DNA of 64,000 nucleotides from the IMG/VR virus record IMGVR_UViG_3300033155_000850. One strand, written 5' to 3'. The DNA comes from an uncultured virus (IMG/VR IMGVR_UViG_3300033155_000850) (Duplodnaviria > Heunggongvirae > Uroviricota > Caudoviricetes). Position numbers and translations under genes: made by a program. Below, piece after piece: positions 58,606 through 64,000 of the stretch. Position 1 is the stretch's first letter. Each line of letters opens with the position of its first letter. The notes beneath the pieces are model-generated. The model was not told the DNA's origin. It saw only the letters and a list, made by a program, of their open reading frames with translations, and did no database searches.

Positions 58606-58824
58606 ATGTCTGATGTTATTTGGAATAAAGAACCTCCAACACAATCTGGATGGTATTGGTATAAGTCTGCACACGGGCGAATATCAATGGTTTATCTTAG
58701 ACACGGAGATTTTATTACTTCTTTAGTTCAATGTACTATAAAAAATCCGGAGGGTGTATTAGCTACAGATTTTAAAGGTACTTGGTCACTTGAAATTATT
58801 CCTCCTACTGAACCGGGCTATTAA
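58606..58824 (+). CDS. Hypothetical protein
   Basis: W..EPPT.SGWYW motif; RBS. Confidence 0.65.
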   Translation: MSDVIWNKEPPTQSGWYWYKSAHGRISMVYLRHGDFITSLVQCTIKNPEGVLATDFKGTWSLEIIPPTEPGY

Positions 58825-58973
58825 ATGAAAAAAGCAATGTATGTAATATCAATACATAATAAGGGTGGAGCGTATAAAAACGTTCTTTTTGAAGGCACAC
58901 GAATTGAAGCTAGAGTTAGAGCTAAAGAAATTCGTGATAACAATGGCTCTAGAATTCACTTTGTGAGATATTT

Positions 58974-59348
58974 ATGAGGTCACCTAAACAAATCGTAAGC
59001 GAAATTCTAGATAAAGGTTTAGCAGATAGTACTTGGCGAGAACAATATCCACAAGCTTATGAAAATTTATTGACTTATAGAGAAGATTTAATTAGGTCTT
59101 TTGAATCTATTAAACCTACAGAATATCATTTTTTTACATCTAGCCAAGCTAATTGGGAGACCAGTCCTAGTCTATATACGTGTTTACGTAATCAACGAAG
59201 AGCGGATAAAAGGTTGAAGAACTTCATAATCAAGGGTTGTAACGTATTTAAAGTACCTTTACCTAATGATAAAGAACATCCATATGACATAGACAATTTT
59301 ACCCCTCAAGTGGAGGGTACAGAGTGGCTTCATTATGAGAAGTATTAG
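58974..59348 (+). CDS. Hypothetical protein
   Basis: Operon packing. Confidence 0.6.
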   Translation: MRSPKQIVSEILDKGLADSTWREQYPQAYENLLTYREDLIRSFESIKPTEYHFFTSSQANWETSPSLYTCLRNQRRADKRLKNFIIKGCNVFKVPLPNDKEHPYDIDNFTPQVEGTEWLHYEKY

Positions 59349-59733
59349 TCTCATAGCATCTATTGCCCTATGTACAGGTTGTGCTCATACAGATCAATGG
59401 ACTGATAAAGATACTAAACACTTTGCTACATACGTAGCGGCCGCATCGTTAGATACATTCAGCACAAACCGTTTAATAAACGATTTTTACTATACAGAGG
59501 AACGTAATCCTGTAATAGTAAGGACCTTTGGACAACGACCCTCTAAAAAAGAATTGATAGTTGGAACTATAGTAATCTCCATTACAAATTTCTTTATTGC
59601 TAGAGCTATTCCAGAAAAATATCGTCGCAAATATCTTTCTATATGGACCTTCGGGCATACGACTCTATCTATGTATAATTTTAATTTGTACAACAAATGC
59701 GCAGGAATATATGACTGTGGTTCTATTGACTAA
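59335..59733 (+). CDS. Lipoprotein/membrane protein (DUF5658-like E.NP motif)
   Basis: CTGC lipobox, D...T, ERNP. Confidence 0.55.
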   Translation: MRSISLIASIALCTGCAHTDQWTDKDTKHFATYVAAASLDTFSTNRLINDFYYTEERNPVIVRTFGQRPSKKELIVGTIVISITNFFIARAIPEKYRRKYLSIWTFGHTTLSMYNFNLYNKCAGIYDCGSID

Positions 59734-59917
59734 TGAACTGTGTTTATGTGGTGATCCAGATTGTCATAAATGTTTTCCTAAATATAGTGGTGAAGATGAT
59801 TATTGTTTTGATGAAGATCAATTACGACAACAGGAAGTAGATGATGAAATGATAGAACGTCATCGTCGTAAAGGTGTTGATAATCATTGATCCTACAAAA
59901 TTCCGTTAAGGACCCAG

Positions 59918-59946
59918 TATACTTTGCTGTTTATTTGTAGTACTAT
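59918..59946 (+). promoter_or_regulatory. Phage promoter TATACT-N17-TACTAT
   Basis: Family consensus with AAGGACCCAG upstream. Confidence 0.7.
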
Positions 59947-60115
59947 TTACTTGACGATTAAATTGGAGGTTAAGAAATTGAAAAGATAATCGTTGCAGTA
60001 CTAGCTCCAATAATGATTGGGCTAGCGGCCTATCTAGCGTATACGATCGGCCTACTCATGGTGGCATTTATGATGATATATGCCATATTGTATGAAGGAA
60101 ATAGAGGTAATTGAA

Positions 60116-60634
60116 ATGACTGAAGAAACAGCGGTTGAAGCCGCACCAGTACCTTCGGGTCCTGCAGATGGTATCGCTCGAGGTCGCATGCACGCAGCAT
60201 TAGTTTTTGCGATTAAGTTTAACTCAGGCGAAGCCAAAGACGGTGATCTTGCACGTAAGTATGCAACGACACCAGGTAAAATCAACGACATCCGTAAAGA
60301 TCGTAACTTCAAGTACGTAATTGCTACTATGGCATTTACGGCCGGTGAAGTTCAGGAAGCTAAAGATCGTTTTGCAGCTTCCGTCAATGCGGAAAACAGC
60401 ACGGTTGCTGAAGATCAGCGTCCTGTAGTTATCGAGGATGGTAATACCGCTCTTGATGGCGTACCTAAGACTGAGGGCGACAGTCAGTTGTCTAATGCTC
60501 GTAAGGCTGATCGCAAGCCTCGCGGCAAGTCAGGTGATGAAGCTGAATCTGAAGCAGGTGGCGAAGCCACAGCAGAAGCTGCTGAGGTAGATGCAGCCAG
60601 TGATGACGACCTCGACGGTCTATTGGACGAGTAA
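60116..60634 (+). CDS. Acidic protein with HTH-like segment
   Basis: GAGG RBS; LARKYATTPGKINDIRK; terminator follows. Confidence 0.6.
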   Translation: MTEETAVEAAPVPSGPADGIARGRMHAALVFAIKFNSGEAKDGDLARKYATTPGKINDIRKDRNFKYVIATMAFTAGEVQEAKDRFAASVNAENSTVAEDQRPVVIEDGNTALDGVPKTEGDSQLSNARKADRKPRGKSGDEAESEAGGEATAEAAEVDAASDDDLDGLLDE

Positions 60635-60684
60635 TCGTTCAGCCGCTGGTACACCGGTTAAAGTGTACTAGCATTCACCATGCA

Positions 60685-60708
60685 ACGGGGGCTTCGGCCC
60701 CCGTATTT
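60685..60708 (+). terminator. Hairpin terminator
   Basis: ACGGGGGC-TTCG-GCCCCCGT. Confidence 0.75.
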
Positions 60709-60713
60709 AACTG

Positions 60714-60799
60714 AAGTATTTTGATGGTAATCGGTTAGAGCCGCTGTACAGCATTAAAAAGTCGGGAGACGCTACTCCGATTACCTTCAAAAATACTTT
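60714..60799 (+). ncRNA. Long-stem hairpin RNA candidate
   Basis: AAGTATTTTTGA-TGGTAATCGG pairs with CCGATTACC-TTCAAAAATACTT. Confidence 0.55.
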
Positions 60800-60801
60800 A
60801 A

Positions 60802-60923
60802 CGCGGGATGGCGGAATTGGTAGACGCGCCCAAAGATCTGGGTATAGTGTATAATCCGCGGATTATATGGTTTTTCTAGATAAAACAGCTATTTTGCAGG
60901 TTCAAGTCCTGCTCCCGCTACCA
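60802..60923 (+). tRNA. Atypical 122-nt tRNA-like RNA (no canonical anticodon loop)
   Basis: Acceptor CGCGGGA/TCCCGCT-A-CCA, D-arm GGCGGAATTGGTAGACGC, T-arm GCAGG-TTCAAGT-CCTGC. Confidence 0.8.
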
Positions 60924-60936
60924 AATCGGGTGATGT

Positions 60937-61167
60937 ATGTGGACTAAAAAATCTTACGCTACTGCAGAAGATAATCATAAGGCTGGTCGTTGGACAATTA
61001 GTAATGGCCATGTGGATTTTGATATACACCTAACAATAGACGGCTCTCATGGTACAGGCTACATAGTATCACCAGCAGAAGCCGATGCTTATGCAGATCA
61101 TATCTTACGTAAGCTAAACGAACAGGACTCAATCGAGTTTCGCCCAATACTGCCCCAGGACCTATAG
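60937..61167 (+). CDS. Hypothetical protein
   Basis: ORF after the tRNA-like gene. Confidence 0.55.
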   Translation: MWTKKSYATAEDNHKAGRWTISNGHVDFDIHLTIDGSHGTGYIVSPAEADAYADHILRKLNEQDSIEFRPILPQDL

Positions 61168-61634
61168 TATGAAGATACACCCTAAAGTATATCTTTGTAT
61201 GGCTTTAATATCTCTTACAGCTGTATTTGTATTGTCTATAGTAATGTTCGACCTTATAGAAAAAGGTCGCTATGATGCACTGTTTCTATATCCTATCATT
61301 ATATGGCTTAACTGGTACCAGTATACGGATAAAATACATTTGTATAGACTTTCAAAAAATACTAAATCTCTTTACAAAGATGAATGAATCCAATAATAAT
61401 GGGTATAGACCAGGTGATTGGTCTCTTCCTAAAATGGTGGACTGAAGGACCTCCTGTGAGAAGTGGAATAGCAACTCATGAGGAGCAAGTGATTTTTTAC
61501 GATAGTAAATTCGTAAGAAAGATTTTAGGTCACGAAGGCGGTATAACCACTCTTCCTCAACCGCGTATGGAGGTGAACAGTCGGATTTAACGTCACCGAC
61601 GAAACATGATTAAAATCCTCGGTTGAGGATTCTG

Positions 61635-61663
61635 TGTACATTGCTGATCATTTACAGTAGAAT
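61635..61663 (+). promoter_or_regulatory. Phage promoter TGTACA-N17-TAGAAT, leaderless start at ATG 61670
   Basis: -10 box followed by ATAACT-ATG with no Shine-Dalgarno sequence. Confidence 0.75.
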
Positions 61664-61669
61664 ATAACT

Positions 61670-62107
61670 ATGATAGAAATCGGTTTCACAGGAACTAGGC
61701 AGGGTATGACTATACCTCAACATGCCGCCCTAGTAAAAATCATGTTATCTTATCGTAAGATGACAGAAGCTTCATTTATGTGGCATCATGGTTTATGTAT
61801 AGGCTCTGACGAACAATGCCATAATTTAGCTACGATCTTTGATTTTTACATATTCGGTCATCCACCTATTAACGAAGACCTTGTAGCCGAACTTACTGGA
61901 TTTCGTGGTTTAGCTCCAGCTAAAGGTTATATAGCTCGTAATCATACAATAGTGGACAGTACAGAGATACTTATTGCTACTCCGCATGAACTTAAAGAAC
62001 AAGTACGTAGCGGCACGTGGGCTACTATTAGATACGCTAAAAAACGCGGTAAACGTGTAACTATAATTAATCCTTACGGAAATACTTATGTGTATTCAGA
62101 TCTATGA
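61670..62107 (+). CDS. SLOG-superfamily (DprA/YspA-like) protein
   Basis: IGFTGTR.G, HG.C.G.D, RN..IVD....LIA, SGTW.TIRYA.K.GK. Confidence 0.75.
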   Translation: MIEIGFTGTRQGMTIPQHAALVKIMLSYRKMTEASFMWHHGLCIGSDEQCHNLATIFDFYIFGHPPINEDLVAELTGFRGLAPAKGYIARNHTIVDSTEILIATPHELKEQVRSGTWATIRYAKKRGKRVTIINPYGNTYVYSDL

Positions 62108-62786
62108 GTGAAGATATATTTGGCATCGGTGAACTTAGCTGGAATAATAGCAGACAAAGATGGTGTGGACTTGTAAACTTTTTTGGATCTCTATGTATAG
62201 CGGAATTTAGAGTAACGACCGATAAAGTTGAATCTCCAGTTTTATCGAAAATATCATGAAACCAAAAGATACAGGTTTAGTACATGCTATTAAAGAATTT
62301 TCAAAAGAAGCTTCAGGTATACTGTTTTGGACCGGATTTATGGCTGGCATACTATTAGGCCTTTTGGTCAGTGCAGCTGTACTCATATATTTTAATGCGA
62401 GGATGTATGTTTAAATTTACACAAACAGATGAAATGACAGAAATCATTCAAAAAATGTATTCTGATGGCGGCCTTGTTAATTTAGAAATAGAAAAAGTTA
62501 AGGGTAACCATATAAAACTCTATTGTACCTACAAAGGTATACGATTACTAGAAATGGGACCTATACCACTTAAACGTGTTGGTGACATTATCAACGTAAA
62601 TGATATGAAAATTCGATTAGAAAAATAGTGAAAATTCGAATTGAAGATCACGCTGATACAGAAGCCATGGAGTGTCCTAATTGCTCTGAAATAGCTTTAC
62701 AAGCAATGACTACAAAAACGGATAATAACGGTAAAGATTTCACTGTATACGAATGCAATGAATGCCATATGGAGCAAAATTATTAA

Positions 62787-63262
62787 TGGCTAAATTCGTC
62801 ATAGTGTGTATGAACGATTCACACGGTAAAATCCCGCTCCAACCAGATATATCGTTAGGTAATAAGATATGGGGTATGACCGGAATTACTATGATACAAT
62901 ATGCACGAGTCTTTAATCGTAAAAACTTATTTGGTATAAACGAATCTAGAAGTAAAGATAACGCTAAATTAAATGCTTATAGAATACTTAAAAACGTAAA
63001 TTCTATAGACACAGACACATTTATTATATGTCTAGGTAAAGAAGTAGCCACAGCATTTGGTCTATATACAGCTATGCCTTTAAAGTTCAAAAAAATTCAA
63101 ACAAAAACGTGGGCAGCATATCTCCCTTATGAGTCTGAGTTTAATAGACGTTCTAGTTTAAGCGAGAGGAGACTTGCAGCCACTGAATTTATGCAGAGTG
63201 TAGGTGCAGCCGCAATCGGAGAGATTAGTGAAGATGATTTACATCACCATTTCGCTCAGTAG
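62787..63262 (+). CDS. Possible uracil-DNA-glycosylase-like fold protein
   Basis: F.R.NL, IICLGK.VA.AFG, YLP.ES..NR. Confidence 0.4.
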
Positions 63263-63328
63263 CTCTCTACTTTACTCTGATATAAACGTTCAGTACTATG
63301 TATAACTAGCAGAGAATTGTAGAGAGCC
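63260..63328 (+). repeat. Dispersed hairpin element, copy 5
   Basis: GTATAACTAGCAGAGAATTGTAGAGAG is identical to the copy at ~699-725; GCTCTCTAC/GTAGAGAGC closing stem. Confidence 0.8.
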
Positions 63329-63330
63329 TA

Positions 63331-63792
63331 ATGAATAGATATAGTAGTTGGTTTGATGTAGGACCTTTAGGCTGTGGACGAACTACAGCTATAGCTAAAG
63401 CATGTAAAAGTATCAACGCTACTATGTTATGTGCAACATCTAACCATGCTAAAGAGGTTGCTAATGAACATGGTATTAAAACCGCGTCTATACAGAATGT
63501 CGACCATGGTTATAGAGGTCCATTCTTAGCAGATCATTATGCTATACAGTCTATAACTCATGATTATGAGGCTATGATAGCAGAACGAAACATAGAAATC
63601 AGTGCATTAAAACTCCGTATAAATAGACAAAGTTCATTGATAGATAGATATAGAGAACAACGAGATACTTACAAAAAAACATATTTAAAATCACTTGAAA
63701 TTAAGGATGAATACGATAAACTGAAGAAGCAAGTTTGCTGTTCATGTTGCGGTTCAATTTTAGAAACCGGTGAATGTGCTAGGTGTGAATGA
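63331..63792 (+). CDS. Degenerate P-loop/coiled-coil/Zn-ribbon protein
   Basis: GPLGCGRTT, FLADH, CSCCG...CARC. Confidence 0.5.
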   Translation: MNRYSSWFDVGPLGCGRTTAIAKACKSINATMLCATSNHAKEVANEHGIKTASIQNVDHGYRGPFLADHYAIQSITHDYEAMIAERNIEISALKLRINRQSSLIDRYREQRDTYKKTYLKSLEIKDEYDKLKKQVCCSCCGSILETGECARCE

Positions 63793-63822
63793 TATATGTC
63801 AACAATCAAAGTTAGGACCCAG

Positions 63823-63851
63823 TATACATTGCTGTTATTCTACGGTAGAAT
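63823..63851 (+). promoter_or_regulatory. Phage promoter TATACA-N17-TAGAAT, leaderless start at ATG 63858
   Basis: Same TAGAAT-ATAACT-ATG as at 61658-61672. Confidence 0.75.
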
Positions 63852-63857
63852 ATAACT

Positions 63858-64000
63858 ATGGATATATTTGCTATAAGATCTACTTCAGATGAGGCTAAAC
63901 ATAAATTACGCGTCGATGATAGTGAATTCACGATCGTAGAATGGCAGGCTATGATAGGTCGTCTATATGCTAAGGCTGCTCGTTTTAGAAAGAAGACTAA
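63858..64000 (+). CDS. Partial hypothetical protein (MDIFAIRSTSDEAKHKLRV...; runs off the window)
   Basis: Open frame to the window end. Confidence 0.55.
   Translation, partial: MDIFAIRSTSDEAKHKLRVDDSEFTIVEWQAMIGRLYAKAARFRKKT

Noticed and set aside
1..64000. Stop-codon reassignment, or integrase/lysogeny module
   Set aside because: Genes are full-length under the standard code with all three stops in use; no integrase or repressor recognised in the window

Overview
The window holds most of an AT-rich tailed (siphovirus-type) phage genome, probably infecting a Gram-negative Proteobacterium, judged from spanin-like genes and an ANDE...ALAA tmRNA tag. Layout: (1) 1-950, a GC-rich 14-bp tandem array, duplicated promoter/mini-ORF units and iterons; (2) 950-32000 (+), packaging, head and tail genes, including a 3204-aa tail-tip/fibre protein; (3) 32000-54900 (-), DNA ligase, a cytosine-hypermodification cassette (dCMP deaminase, dCMP hydroxymethylase-type TS homologue, kinase, NTP pyrophosphatase, carbamoyltransferase) bracketed by 56-bp inverted repeats, SNF2 helicase, nucleases, PolA and primase-helicase; (4) 55100-64000 (+), M15 endolysin, early-type small genes, a ~1.5-kb array of structured non-coding RNAs containing a circularly permuted tmRNA, and an aberrant tRNA-like RNA. 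The most unusual signals are a strand-polarised heptamer (GGACCTT about 42 times on the + strand versus about 2 on the - strand, regardless of gene direction), the permuted tmRNA within the ncRNA array, the inverted-repeat-flanked modification cassette, and a dispersed intergenic hairpin family. Protein calls come from motifs recognised by eye, and counts and RNA folds were done by hand; no database searches were run.
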